Positions 26,979 through 36,621 of a stretch of 64,000 nt of DNA are shown one piece after another. Every line of letters begins with the position of its first letter. Positions within the stretch are counted from its first letter, which is position 1. This stretch comes from an uncultured Actinomycetes bacterium (lineage in GTDB: Bacteria > Actinomycetota > Thermoleophilia > Gaiellales > Gaiellaceae). Made by a program: the position numbers and the translations under genes. The DNA lies in assembly GCA_963775625.1 (NCBI GenBank), contig CAVZJM010000005.1, forward strand, positions 971 through 64,970. The letters run 5' to 3'. The notes below the pieces were generated by a model. The model was not told the origin of the DNA and did not search any database. It was given only the letters and a program-made list of their open reading frames with translations.

Positions 26979-27605
26979 TCAGCCAGACGTCTCGACGTCG
27001 AGGCGGTCGAGGATCGTCCAGGCCTGCGTCCTGATCGCCGTCGGCGCGTCAGTTCCAAAGGCGACGTAGGCATAGAAGCGCCGGCCAGAGTCGCTGAACG
27101 GGATGAAGCGATCGAAGAACACCTTGCGCCGGTCGAGGCAGTCGACCGCCTCGCTGGGATAGCCGTTGCTCGGCCCGAACTGTCCGGGTCGCTTTGGATA
27201 GTCGGCGCGCGTGATTCTGCCGTCTTCCGGGTCGCCGCGGCGCTCCTCGATGACGACCAGAGCATCCGTCGGCCCCATGTCCTCGATGGCGTTCTCCGGC
27301 ATGTGGGCGCAGTTTTCACCGCCCGAGCGAGCGGGGAACGTGCTGAAGGCGACGAGCTCTCTCGGATCCGCGAGCGAGGGCATGAGTGGGTCAGTCGAAC
27401 GCGTCCAGCTCGACGGGTACGAGCCGGTGAGGCCGGCCTCGGGGATGTCGTACGTCGTCCAGTTGAGCGCCTCGGCAGCGTCCGAGCTGGCCTGGCCGGT
27501 CACGGCCTTCATGGTGGTGCCTCCTTGCTCGCCAGAGGGCACTCCTCCACAGGCCGAGACTCCGAGCACGAGACAGAGCGTGGAAATGCTCAAGTATCCG
27601 CGCAC
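26979..27605 (-). CDS. putative lipoprotein, unknown function
   Basis: A GTG at 27605 gives MRGYLSISTLCLVLGVSAC, which is lipobox-like (VSAC). An alternative ATG at 27512 is preceded by AAGGAGG. The longer ORF upstream runs through the tRNA-derived repeat. Confidence 0.55.
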   Translation of the reverse strand: MRGYLSISTLCLVLGVSACGGVPSGEQGGTTMKAVTGQASSDAAEALNWTTYDIPEAGLTGSYPSSWTRSTDPLMPSLADPRELVAFSTFPARSGGENCAHMPENAIEDMGPTDALVVIEERRGDPEDGRITRADYPKRPGQFGPSNGYPSEAVDCLDRRKVFFDRFIPFSDSGRRFYAYVAFGTDAPTAIRTQAWTILDRLDVETSG

Positions 27606-27665
27606 GCTTGAGTTACGTCCCGTGGGCTGAGGAGGTCCAGGGCGAATCTCTGCTGCTCGGGCGTC

Positions 27666-27697
27666 GGGTTCGAGTCCTACCTCCCCATTTCGCCCCG
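27666..27697 (+). repeat. direct repeat of the tRNA-Tyr 3' end plus downstream flank (att-like)
   Basis: GGTTCGAGTCCTACCTCCCCATTTCGCCCCGC matches 26155..26187 (GGTTCGAATCCTACCTCCCCCATTTCGCCCCGC) with one mismatch and one 1-nt indel. Confidence 0.75.
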
Positions 27698-27785
27698 CCG
27701 CTGTCCCAAGACCGCGTGGTTGAGCGGTCACGCGTACCGAAAGCAGAGCGGCGCGTTGCCGGCCGAGGAGTGACCAGCGTCCTGC

Positions 27786-29138
27786 TCACGGCTCCGTGTG
27801 GACGATGACATCGACGATCTCCGGGTGGTCGCGGCGGATGCGCTCCTCGATCTCGCTCGCGCTCGCGTGGGCCTCGGCCAGCGCGCGCTCCGGCGCCATC
27901 GCCAGGGTGAGGAAGGCGACGAGGCCGCGCTCCGTGGCCAGAAAGCGGAGCTCGCGCGGCTCGCTGCCGGTCGTGTCGCGGACGATGTCGCGGACGGCCT
28001 CGGACTCCGACTCGAGCGCTCCGGCGGGCACGGCGCTGACTGCGGCGGGCTCGGCGAGCGGCTCGATGTGCGTCTGGACGGCGTCGACGACCGGCACGGC
28101 GGCGAGGATCTCCCGCTCGACCGACTCCGCGACCTCGTGCGCCTCGGCGAGCGTGAGGGAGCCGGGGAGCTTGAGGTGGAGGGAGACCTCGGTGCGATCG
28201 CCCACGTCGAGGACGGAGACGTTGTGCACCTCGCGCACGTCCGGCACGCGGAGCGCGGCGGCCGTCGCGCGCTCCCCCAGCTCGCCGGCCTCGGCAGGCT
28301 CGACGTGGACGACGACGTCGGCGCCCGGAACCGCCCGCTCGACGGCGTCCTCGACGGCGTCGGCTGCGGCGTGGCCCTGGCCGACGGCCGCGCCGGGGGG
28401 GACGCTGATGACCACGTCGGCGAAGTGGCGCCCGGCCGCCCGACGCATGCGCAGCCGCCTGAGCGTGACGCCGTGGCCGAGCGCCTCGATGGCGCTCCGC
28501 GCCGCCTCGACCTCGTTCACGGGCGCCTGGTCCATGAGGACGTCGACGTTCCTGCGGATGAGCCTTCCCGCAGCCGCGAGGACGAGGACTGCGACGAAGA
28601 GCGCGGCGATCGCGTCGCCTTCCGGGTACCCGGCGCGAGCGGCGAGCAGGCCGATGAGCACGGCGGTCGAGCCGGCGAGGTCGCCCCCGAAATGCAGCGC
28701 GCCCGCGGCGAACGCAGGGCTGGCGTACCGTCGCGAGGCGCGGTGGGACACGACCGCTCGGCTGGCGTCGATGAGGATCACCACGCAGATCACGAGGAGC
28801 GCGTACCACGTCGCGTCCACGTCCGAGGTCCCCGTCACGAGCCGCCGGATCGCGACTGCGGCGATCAGCAGGGAGACGAGCACGAGAAACGAGGCCTCGG
28901 CAAGGGCGGCCAGGTGCTCCGCCTTCCCGTGACCGTAGGGATGGCTGCGGTCGGCCGGGCGAACCGCGACGCCCACGGCGAAGAGGGTCAGCAGCGCTGC
29001 GACGAGGTCGGTCCCGGAGTGCGCGGCCTCCGACAGGAGCCCCAGGCTTCCGGTGGCGAGCCCGGTCGCGAGCTTGACGACGATGAGGACGACCGCGGCC
29101 ACGACCGAGACGAGGGCGATGCGGCGCTGGGGGCTCAC
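27786..29138 (-). CDS. cation diffusion facilitator (CDF) transporter with three tandem C-terminal cytoplasmic domains
   Basis: GTG start at 29138. TM domain motifs are SLGLLSEAAHSGTDL and HPYGHGKAEH. Three successive ~70-aa modules each end in H-x-EP (VVVHVEP, VQTHIEP, VIVHTEP). Confidence 0.85.
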   Translation of the reverse strand: MSPQRRIALVSVVAAVVLIVVKLATGLATGSLGLLSEAAHSGTDLVAALLTLFAVGVAVRPADRSHPYGHGKAEHLAALAEASFLVLVSLLIAAVAIRRLVTGTSDVDATWYALLVICVVILIDASRAVVSHRASRRYASPAFAAGALHFGGDLAGSTAVLIGLLAARAGYPEGDAIAALFVAVLVLAAAGRLIRRNVDVLMDQAPVNEVEAARSAIEALGHGVTLRRLRMRRAAGRHFADVVISVPPGAAVGQGHAAADAVEDAVERAVPGADVVVHVEPAEAGELGERATAAALRVPDVREVHNVSVLDVGDRTEVSLHLKLPGSLTLAEAHEVAESVEREILAAVPVVDAVQTHIEPLAEPAAVSAVPAGALESESEAVRDIVRDTTGSEPRELRFLATERGLVAFLTLAMAPERALAEAHASASEIEERIRRDHPEIVDVIVHTEP

Positions 29139-29199
29139 CGGGCACAGGCTAGCCCCGGAGGCCGCTAACGCTCGCCGCGAAGGCGCCGATAGAGAGAGC

Positions 29200-31275
29200 G
29201 TGTCCGTCGCGGCCCGCACCGCCGACCGCGTGCAGGCGCCCCGAGCCGCTCTCGCGCGCGCGGGGACCCGTGCCGCTCCCCTGCTCGCAGCCCTGGTGGG
29301 CGCGAGCTTCCTGCTGCGGCTGGCGCTCGGCTGGCTCCGGGCGACGCCCACCTTCTTCGCGGACGAGTACATCTACGCGGAGCTGGGACGCTCGCTGGCC
29401 GACACCGGGCGGCCACTGATCCGCGGCGCCTCGGCCGGCTTCCCCGCCCTCCTGCAGCCGCTCCTGACCGCGCCGGCCTGGCTGTTCGACGACGTGGAGA
29501 CCTCGTTTCGCCTGATCCAGGCGCTCGGCGCCCTTGCCATGTCGCTCGCCGCCGTACCGGTCTTCCTGCTCGCCCGGCGCCTCGACCTGGGCGCCGGAGT
29601 CTCCTTCGCGCTCGCCGCCCTCGCCCTCGTGGTTCCCGACCTGATCTACGCCGGCTGGGTCGTCGCCGAGCCGTTCGCCTATCCGCTGGCGCTCGGCGCG
29701 GTCGCGGTCGGAACCGTTGCGCTCGCCCGGCCGAGCCTGCGGCTTCAGCTCGCCTTCCTCGCGCTCGCCGGGCTGGCCACCTTCGCCCGCGTCCAGTTCG
29801 CCGTCCTCCCGCTCTGCTTCCTCGCAGCCGTGCTCGTCCTCGGCCTTCGGGACCGGCGCGTGCGCGGAACGCTGCGCGAGCAGGCGCTCGTCCTCGCCGC
29901 GGTGGTGCTCCCGCTACTCGCATTCGTCGCGCTCGGCCCGAGCCGGGCTCTGGGGTTCTACGAGGGGATTCTCGACCTGGAGATCGCCTCGCCGGAGCTG
30001 GCGAAGTGGTTCGGCACCGATGCGATGCTCCTCGCCTACGCCGCCGGCGTCGTGCTCGCGCCCGGCGCTCTGCTGGGCCTCTGGCTCGCTCTGCGGCGGC
30101 CCCGTTCCCGGGAGGAGCTCGCCTTCGGCGCGCTCACGGCCCCCTTCCTGGTCGCCCTCCTCGTCGAGGCGGCCGCCTACGGGCTCGGCGGCGACCGCAT
30201 CCAGGAGCGCTACTTCTTCTACGCGATCCCGCTCGTCGGGATCCTCTTCGCGCTCTACGCCTCGCGCGGCTGGCCGCACCGCCTCGCACTCGGCGTGCTG
30301 GCCGCGGGCCTGATCCTGCTCGCCGCCCGCGTGCCCCTCTCCGGGTACTCGGCCGCAGACGGCAAGACGAACTCGCCGACGCTCTTCGCCACCGCACGGC
30401 TCGAGCAGGCGCTCGGAGACGTCGCGACGGCCTCGCTCATCCTCGCGCTCGGCGTCACGCTCCTGGCAGGGGTGCTCGTCCTGGCGAGCCGCCGCCCCAG
30501 CGTCGCCACGCCGCTGACGCTCGGCCTCGCGCTCGCAGTCTGCGCGACCACCTACGCGGGGGCCACGTCCTTCAACCTCGCCAACGCCGAGCGGACCCGA
30601 ACCGACGTCCTCGGCCCGGAGCCGTCCTTCGTGGACGTGTCGGGGATCGACGACGTGGCGATGCTCCTGACCCGCTCGAGCGAGCGGGGCGTCGCGTCCG
30701 AGTACCTCTTCTGGAACCGTTCGGTGGACGCCGTCTACCTTCTGCCCGGCGCCGAGCCGCCCGACTCCTTCGCGGTCACGCGCCTCACGACCGCGCCTGA
30801 CGGAACCCTGCTCGCGGCGGGCAGGCCCGTGACCAGGCCGCTCGCGGTCGACGGGTTCAGCGACACCGTCCGCTTCCGGGACTCCGACGAAATCGCCTCG
30901 TCGCCCGTCTTCGACCTGGTCTCCTCGCCCGGCCCCCAGCGCCTGGCGCTCTACGCGCCGGGCCGCTTCGAGGACGGTTGGCTCGGGCTCGCCGGCAGCT
31001 TCCAGCTCTGGCCCGAGTCGGAGGCCGGCGTCCTGACGTTCGAGCTGACGGGCCCGACGGGTCACCGCCCGTGGCGGTCGAGCTCGACGCCGCCTGGGCT
31101 GCCCGTGCGCGAAGTGATCGTGCAGCCCGGCCGGACCGTTCACGGTGACGGTGCCGGTCTGCGGCGTCGGCTCTGGAGCATGGACTTCGTCGCGCCGTCG
31201 ACCGGCGCCGTCGGCGGGCGCTTCGTCAGCGTGGTCTCGGAGCCGACGTACCGGCCCGATCCGGGCTCCTGCTAG
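29200..31275 (+). CDS. polytopic GT-C-type glycosyltransferase-like membrane protein (ArnT/PMT_2-like)
   Basis: About 12 hydrophobic helices precede a soluble C-terminal domain. The first loop carries FFADEYIYAELGRSL. The start is uncertain (GTG at 29200 chosen), and the family call rests on architecture only. Confidence 0.5.
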   Translation: MSVAARTADRVQAPRAALARAGTRAAPLLAALVGASFLLRLALGWLRATPTFFADEYIYAELGRSLADTGRPLIRGASAGFPALLQPLLTAPAWLFDDVETSFRLIQALGALAMSLAAVPVFLLARRLDLGAGVSFALAALALVVPDLIYAGWVVAEPFAYPLALGAVAVGTVALARPSLRLQLAFLALAGLATFARVQFAVLPLCFLAAVLVLGLRDRRVRGTLREQALVLAAVVLPLLAFVALGPSRALGFYEGILDLEIASPELAKWFGTDAMLLAYAAGVVLAPGALLGLWLALRRPRSREELAFGALTAPFLVALLVEAAAYGLGGDRIQERYFFYAIPLVGILFALYASRGWPHRLALGVLAAGLILLAARVPLSGYSAADGKTNSPTLFATARLEQALGDVATASLILALGVTLLAGVLVLASRRPSVATPLTLGLALAVCATTYAGATSFNLANAERTRTDVLGPEPSFVDVSGIDDVAMLLTRSSERGVASEYLFWNRSVDAVYLLPGAEPPDSFAVTRLTTAPDGTLLAAGRPVTRPLAVDGFSDTVRFRDSDEIASSPVFDLVSSPGPQRLALYAPGRFEDGWLGLAGSFQLWPESEAGVLTFELTGPTGHRPWRSSSTPPGLPVREVIVQPGRTVHGDGAGLRRRLWSMDFVAPSTGAVGGRFVSVVSEPTYRPDPGSC

Positions 31276-31295
31276 GGTAGGGCCGTCGGCGGAAC

Positions 31296-31419
31296 CGCCA
31301 GCGGGGCCGCGGGGCCTCCCCGATCGCCCCAGAGGACGCGTCCTCTCGCCCCTGGTAGCCATGGAGACCAGCACTCCCTGCGTCCTTGCCTCGCACCGCC
31401 ATCCACCCCCACGACGAGG
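31296..31419 (-). repeat. structured intergenic repeat, diverged copy 4
   Basis: TCGCCCCAGAGGACGCGTCCTCT...CACTCCCTGCGTCCTTGCCTCG...CACGACGAGG aligns block-wise with 41652..41781. Confidence 0.5.
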
Positions 31420-31441
31420 ACGACCCGCCCTCCCGCGGAGG

Positions 31442-32536
31442 CTAGACGCAGTCCTTGAGGCCCTGGGCCTCGGGCAGGGACTCGAGCTTCTTGAGCGTGT
31501 TGTTCTCGATCTGACGGATGCGCTCGCGCGTGACGCCGAAGGCGCGGCCGACCTCCTCGAGCGTCCGCGGCTGCTCGCCCTTCAGCCCGAAGCGGAGCTC
31601 GATCACCTTGCGCTCCCGGATCGGCAGCGACTCGAGCGCCTTGTCGATGTCCTCGCGCCGAAGGTTGAGGGAGGCCGAGTCGAACGGGGACTCGGCGGCA
31701 TCGTCCTGGACGAAGTCGCCGAGCTCGGACTCCTCCTCCTCGCCGATCGGCTTCTCCAGCGACACCGGCAGCTGCGCCATGCGCAGGATCTCGCGCACCT
31801 CGTCGGTCGTCATCTCGAGCTCCTCGGCGATCTCGTCGGGGAGAGGCTCTCGGCCGAGACGCTGCACCAGCTGCCGCTCGATGTGGACGACCTTGTTCAG
31901 CTTCTCGACCATGTGCACCGGGATCCGGATCGTGCGCGCCTTGTCGGCGATCGCCCGCGTCACCGCCTGGCGGATCCACCAGGTCGCGTACGTCGAGAAC
32001 TTGAAGCCCTTGCGGTAGTCGAACTTCTCGACCGCGCGGATGAGCCCGAGCGAGCCCTCCTGGATCAGGTCCAGGAAGGAGAGGCCGCGCCCGAGATAGC
32101 CCTTGGCGATGGAGACGACGAGACGGAGGTTCGCCTCGATCATCTCGGTCTTGGCGCCCATGTCGCCGCGCTCGATGCGCTTCGCGAGCGTGACCTCCTG
32201 GTCGGCCGTCAGGAGCGGCACCTTGCCGATCTCGCGGAGATACAGCCGCAGCGAGTCGAGGGACGGCTCGACCGTGAGGTCGAGCTTCGGCACCTTCTCC
32301 TCCTCCGCGAGCGCCGGCTCATCGTGCGGCGGCGTCTTGTGCTCCAGCCCCTCCACGAGCTCGATCCCGTGGTCGATCAGGTAGGTGTAGAACTCCTCGA
32401 CCTGCTCCTTCGTGAGGTCGACTTCCTCGAGCCCCGAGACGATCTCGTCATAGGTGAGGAACCCTTTGTCCTGTCCGTCGGTGACGAGCTTGTGCAGCTC
32501 CTCGATCTCGGGCAGGGAGATGTCGACCTGGAGCAT
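31442..32536 (-). CDS. rpoD: primary-type RNA polymerase sigma-70 factor
   Basis: ATG at 32536. Region 2 reads [38 protein letters not shown], region 3 [13 protein letters not shown], and region 4 [20 protein letters not shown]. The remainder of ORF 31442..34300 is a shadow frame. Confidence 0.92.
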   Translation of the reverse strand: MLQVDISLPEIEELHKLVTDGQDKGFLTYDEIVSGLEEVDLTKEQVEEFYTYLIDHGIELVEGLEHKTPPHDEPALAEEEKVPKLDLTVEPSLDSLRLYLREIGKVPLLTADQEVTLAKRIERGDMGAKTEMIEANLRLVVSIAKGYLGRGLSFLDLIQEGSLGLIRAVEKFDYRKGFKFSTYATWWIRQAVTRAIADKARTIRIPVHMVEKLNKVVHIERQLVQRLGREPLPDEIAEELEMTTDEVREILRMAQLPVSLEKPIGEEEESELGDFVQDDAAESPFDSASLNLRREDIDKALESLPIRERKVIELRFGLKGEQPRTLEEVGRAFGVTRERIRQIENNTLKKLESLPEAQGLKDCV

Positions 32537-32673
32537 TGACCCGCCTTTCTCGTTACCGGTGCAACGTTGTCGGCTGGAACGAAAAGAGAGCCGGCGAGGT
32601 CTGCCGTTCGCCGGCCCTACAGGCACATCGGCTGGGGATTCTACAACGCCTGTCGAAAACTGGTAGACGGGTT

Positions 32674-33537
32674 TCAGGACTCCGCGGCGATCGTCCCCAC
32701 CACCTCGCCCCGGCTGGAGCGGAGCGGGCGCTCGGCCAGCTCGGGGATGCCGAGGACCACGCCCGCCGCTGCGTACGAGGCCCGGTAGGCCCCGTCCTCC
32801 ACTTTCAGGGCCACGCCCGTCCCGTCCGGCAGGCCGGCGCAGAGGACGCCCTCGGCCCCGCGCTTGGCGACGGCGCCCGGAAGCGCGCGCATGACCAGGG
32901 TGTCCACCGCCTGCGGCCCGCCGACGAGCTCGGGCCGGCTGGTCATGGCCGCGACGACCGTCTCCATCCCGGGCGGCGCGCCCTGGGCGAAGCCGGCGAA
33001 CATGCGGGCCAGCTCCGTGAGGGAGAGCGCGAACGTCGGCACGCCGCAGCCGTCGATCGCCGTCCCGACCTCGTCCGCAGGCCGGCCGACGGTCTCGGCG
33101 ACGAGCGCGAGGAGCTCCTCCTGGAGCGGGTGCCCGGGCAGCCGGTAGCCCTCGGTGTCCCAGCCCCGGGCGCGGCAGAGGAAGAGGAAGCCCGCGTGCT
33201 TGCCCGAGCAGTTGTGGCGAAGGCGCGAGCCGTGCTCGGCGCCGCACTCGAGGTCCTCCGTCGTGACGCCTGCCCGCTCGAGCAGGGCGCGCACGGCGAC
33301 GAGCTGCTCGGGGCGCGCCTCGTGCGAGGCGCAGGCGATCGCCAGCTCCTCCGTCGGCAGGTCGTGCTCGACGAGCGGGAGCGCCTGCAGCGGCTTGGCG
33401 GAGGAGCGAACGTAGGCGACGAGGTCCGGGTCGCCCCAGCCCCGGACGACCCGGCCGCCCTGCACGACGACGGCGTCGACGCGATGGCGGGACTCCACGA
33501 GGTCCCCTCGGGTCACGGCTACATTGAGCGCGTCCAC
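32674..33537 (-). CDS. asparaginase II family protein (PF06089-like)
   Basis: Motifs [31 protein letters not shown] and IDGCGVPT. The start is GTG at 33537 or 33516. Confidence 0.8.
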   Translation of the reverse strand: MDALNVAVTRGDLVESRHRVDAVVVQGGRVVRGWGDPDLVAYVRSSAKPLQALPLVEHDLPTEELAIACASHEARPEQLVAVRALLERAGVTTEDLECGAEHGSRLRHNCSGKHAGFLFLCRARGWDTEGYRLPGHPLQEELLALVAETVGRPADEVGTAIDGCGVPTFALSLTELARMFAGFAQGAPPGMETVVAAMTSRPELVGGPQAVDTLVMRALPGAVAKRGAEGVLCAGLPDGTGVALKVEDGAYRASYAAAGVVLGIPELAERPLRSSRGEVVGTIAAES

Positions 33538-33550
33538 GAGGAGGAAGACT

Positions 33551-34378
33551 ATTCCCGAGTTTCCCGAGGTGGAGGCGGCGCGGCAGGCGCTCGACGGGCG
33601 GCTCGCCGAGGCGCCGGTCGCCAAGGCGGGGCCCGCGCACGTCGCGACGCTGAAGACGTTCGACCCGCCTCTCTCGGCGCTGGAAGGCCGGCGCCTGGCG
33701 GGAGCACGGCGACGTGGCAAGAATCTCCTCTTCCCTACCGACGACGGCGAGCTCGTCCTGCACGTGCACCTGATGAGCGCGGGGCGCATTCGCTTCCTCG
33801 AGCCCGGGGCGAAGGGCCCCAAGACTCCGGCGTTCCGGCTCCGCCTGGCCGACGGCGGCGAGCTGATCCTCACGGAGGGCGGCCCGAAGAAGCGGGCCAG
33901 GGTCGGCGTCTACCGGCCGGCCGAGCTCGAGGCCGAGCTGGCCCACCTGGGCCCGGAGGCCGACGGGATCACCGTCGAGGAACTGGCGGAGATCGCCCGC
34001 CGGGAGGCACGGCGGCTGCACCCCTTTCTCCGCGACCAGCGCGCGCTCGCCGGCATCGGCCGGGCGTGGTCGAACGAGATCCTGAACCGCGCGAAGCTTT
34101 CGCCCTACGCGCTCACGACCGAGCTCTCGGACGAGGAGGTCGAGCGCCTCGCCGCGACGATCCGCGAGCAGCTCGCCGCCGGACTGGAGCTCCGCCTGGC
34201 CGGCGCGTCCGACAAGAAGGCCTACAAGGTTCACAACCGCCTCGGCGAGCCGTGCCCGAACTGCGGGACGCCCATCGCCCGCGTCGACTTCGAGGAGCAC
34301 ACGATCTTCTACTGCCCCGAGTGCCAGACGGGAGGGCGGGTCCTGAAGGACCGGCGCCTGTCGCGGCTGCTTCGCTAG
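33551..34378 (+). CDS. Fpg/Nei family DNA glycosylase / AP lyase, apparent ATT start
   Basis: The N-terminus PEFPEVE immediately follows an ATT codon, and GAGGAGGAAG lies 3 nt upstream. It has an H2TH region ([19 protein letters not shown]) and a C-terminal zinc finger CPNC...CPEC. Confidence 0.8.
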   Translation: MPEFPEVEAARQALDGRLAEAPVAKAGPAHVATLKTFDPPLSALEGRRLAGARRRGKNLLFPTDDGELVLHVHLMSAGRIRFLEPGAKGPKTPAFRLRLADGGELILTEGGPKKRARVGVYRPAELEAELAHLGPEADGITVEELAEIARREARRLHPFLRDQRALAGIGRAWSNEILNRAKLSPYALTTELSDEEVERLAATIREQLAAGLELRLAGASDKKAYKVHNRLGEPCPNCGTPIARVDFEEHTIFYCPECQTGGRVLKDRRLSRLLR

Positions 34379-34962
34379 GAACCGGTCGGCAGCCGGATCA
34401 GGAGAGTCTCCTCGCGCGCCTCGAGCTCGCCGCCGAGCGCGCGGACGAGGAGCGCGGCGGCGGGCGCCGCGAGCTCTCGGGCGTCCTCGCCGAGCACGAC
34501 CGGCCGGGCGGTGCGGGAGAGCGGCGAGATGACGAGGCTCGCCCCGTCGACGTCGAGCGCGACGCTGTCGTGGCCGCCGAAGCGCGCGGCCGCCCGCGCG
34601 AGCTGCGAGAGCGCCCGCACGGTCGGCTCCGGGTCGACGCGAACCGTCGCCCCCCGGCCGGCCACGTTCACCCTGCCCTCCTCCAGCCGCGCCGCGGCCT
34701 CGTGCGCCAGCTCGAGCGAGTCGCGCTCGGCCAGGGGCGGGTCGTACCTGCCCGACTCGATCCTCGCGACGAGCCGGAGCTGGTCCACCAGCTCGTCGAT
34801 CTGAGCCGAGGCGGCGCCGATCATCTCCACGTAGCGCGTCGCCGGCGCCTCCAGCGACAGCTGCTCCAGCGTCCGCGCGAAGCCGTAGACCGTCGCCAGC
34901 GGCGTCAGGATGTCGTGGCAGGCGACCGAAACGAGCTCGGCGAAGTGGCGTTCGTTCGTCAT
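34375..34962 (-). CDS. soluble histidine-kinase-like protein: DHp H-box with degenerate catalytic domain
   Basis: H-box [16 protein letters not shown] is present. The C-terminal ~100 aa lack recognisable N, G1 and G2 boxes, and there are no TM or sensor domains. Confidence 0.55.
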   Translation of the reverse strand: MTNERHFAELVSVACHDILTPLATVYGFARTLEQLSLEAPATRYVEMIGAASAQIDELVDQLRLVARIESGRYDPPLAERDSLELAHEAAARLEEGRVNVAGRGATVRVDPEPTVRALSQLARAAARFGGHDSVALDVDGASLVISPLSRTARPVVLGEDARELAAPAAALLVRALGGELEAREETLLIRLPTGS

Positions 34963-34987
34963 GGCACTGGGCTGCTACGTTCTCCGG

Positions 34988-35971
34988 ATGGAGCGGAGAC
35001 TAACGGGGACCACGGGGACGGTTGACATGCAGGCCTCCGTCCCGGACGTGCGGCTCGGGCTCTCCCGGGCGGGCGTGACGGGCGTCCAGAAGGCGGTGCG
35101 CATGCAACACGGCGGCCGCGACGCGCTCGTCTCCGCGGAGATCGACTGCTTCGTCGACCTCGATCCGGCGCAGAAAGGCGTGCACATGTCGCGCTTCCCG
35201 GAGCTCTTCGAGGAGGCGATCGACGAGCTCGTCATCGGCGAGATGCTTCTCGTCGAGCGGCTGGCCGAGCACATCGCGCGCCACATCGTCGAGCGCCAGG
35301 ACGCGCTGCGGGCCGAGGTCAAGATCGCCGCGCGCTACCCGATCGAGCGCACGACCCCCGTGACGGGCCTGCGCACGCAGGAGCTGGTGACGCTGATCGG
35401 CCTCGCAGCGGCGTCGCGCTCGGCCGCGCGGAGGATCGTCGGCGTCGAGGCGACCGGGATCAACGCCTGCCCCTGCGCGCAGGGCCTCGTCCGCGAGCAG
35501 GCGGCCGAGCGGCTCGGCGAGGCCGGCTTCGAGGGCGCGGACGTCGCGAGGATTCTCGAGCTCGTCCCGCTCGCCACCCACAACCAGCGCGGCCGCGGGA
35601 CGCTCTACCTCGGCACCGACCTCAGGCTCGACGCAGAGGACCTCGTCGAGCTGGTCGAGAGCTCGATGAGCTCGCCCGTCTACGAGCTCCTCAAGCGCCC
35701 CGACGAGCTCTTCGTCGTGGAGCACGCGCACCTCTCGCCGCGCTTCGTCGAAGACTCGGTTCGGCTCATGGTCAAGGGCGCGCTCGAGTCCTACGGCGAG
35801 CTCGGCGACGACGAGTTCGTGCTCGCCCGCCAGGTCAACTTCGAGACCATCCACAACCACGACGTGCTCGCCGAGCGCTTCGGCACCGTCGGCGAGCTGC
35901 GCGAAGAGCTGGCCAACGGCGGCCACTCGGCCCGCCACACCGAGCTGCGCGACTGGCTCCGAGCCGTCTGA
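34988..35971 (+). CDS. folE2: GTP cyclohydrolase FolE2/MptA family (type IB)
   Basis: Motifs KGVHMSRF and INACPCAQ are typical of the DUF198/FolE2 family. The start is ATG at 34988, or alternatively 35027. Confidence 0.8.
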   Translation: MERRLTGTTGTVDMQASVPDVRLGLSRAGVTGVQKAVRMQHGGRDALVSAEIDCFVDLDPAQKGVHMSRFPELFEEAIDELVIGEMLLVERLAEHIARHIVERQDALRAEVKIAARYPIERTTPVTGLRTQELVTLIGLAAASRSAARRIVGVEATGINACPCAQGLVREQAAERLGEAGFEGADVARILELVPLATHNQRGRGTLYLGTDLRLDAEDLVELVESSMSSPVYELLKRPDELFVVEHAHLSPRFVEDSVRLMVKGALESYGELGDDEFVLARQVNFETIHNHDVLAERFGTVGELREELANGGHSARHTELRDWLRAV

Positions 35972-35976
35972 CCCCT

Positions 35977-36621
35977 TCAGACGCGGTTCGGGCTCGGGGG
36001 GGACGGCTTCGAGCCCGAGTGTCCGAGGCGCGGGCGGCGGCGCTCGATTCGGTTCTCCTCGCCGGCCAGGAGGCGGCGGATGTTCGTCCGGTGCAGCACG
36101 ACGATGGCGAGAGCTGCGCCTGCTGTGAAGGCCACCACCGGCCACGACGCGTCGAAGAGAAGCGCCCAGAGCGGCAGCGAGATCGCCGCGAGGATCGACG
36201 CGACCGAGGCGTAGCGCGTCAGCAAGAAGACGAGGAGCCAGACCCCGGCGGCCGCCAACGCCGGGAGCGGCGCCACGGCGAGGGCGACGCCGCCGGTCGT
36301 GGCCACCATCTTGCCTCCGCGCGCGAAGCCGAGGAAGAGCGGCCGCCAGTGGCCGACCATGGCCGCGACTCCGGCGAGCACTCCGACGAGGTCGCCCCCG
36401 AACGCGAGGCCCAGCAGCGCCGCCGCGGCGCCCTTGGCGATGTCGAGGAACGCAACCGCCATCCCGAACTTGAACCCGAGCGTCCGCCAGACGTTCGTCG
36501 CGCCGGGGTTCCCGCTCCCGAGGGTCCGGATGTCGATGCCGCGCAGGAGCCGGGGTAGCCAGTACGCCCACGGCATGCTGCCGAGGAGGTAGCCGACGGC
36601 GATGAGGAGAGCGTCCGTCAT
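35977..36621 (-). CDS. plsY: glycerol-3-phosphate acyltransferase PlsY
   Basis: Motifs GSGNPGATN and FLDIAKG, with 5-6 TM helices. The ATG at 36621 overlaps the sod stop. Confidence 0.9.
   Translation of the reverse strand: MTDALLIAVGYLLGSMPWAYWLPRLLRGIDIRTLGSGNPGATNVWRTLGFKFGMAVAFLDIAKGAAAALLGLAFGGDLVGVLAGVAAMVGHWRPLFLGFARGGKMVATTGGVALAVAPLPALAAAGVWLLVFLLTRYASVASILAAISLPLWALLFDASWPVVAFTAGAALAIVVLHRTNIRRLLAGEENRIERRRPRLGHSGSKPSPPSPNRV

Noticed and set aside
27610-27697. Possible second (pseudo-)tRNA upstream of the CDF gene
   Set aside because: Only the segment from the T-loop to the 3' flank matches tRNA-Tyr. The 5' strand of the T stem is already degenerate (GTCGGG versus GTAGG) and nothing upstream folds as a tRNA. 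It is interpreted as an att-type repeat.
27613-29168. Three long ORFs (27613..29145 -, 27796..28932 +, 27798..29168 +) over the CDF gene
   Set aside because: All three are Arg-rich or Ser/Ala-rich shadow frames. Only 27786..29138 has TM helices and CDF motifs.
32537-34300. N-terminal 588 aa of the 952-aa ORF 31442..34300 that contains rpoD
   Set aside because: The sigma factor starts at the ATG at 32536. The upstream part is shadow sequence overlapping the asparaginase II and fpg/nei genes. The same reasoning applies to the extensions of ORFs 36618..38408, 59125..61146, 21967..23295, 1353..2675 and 58292..59953.
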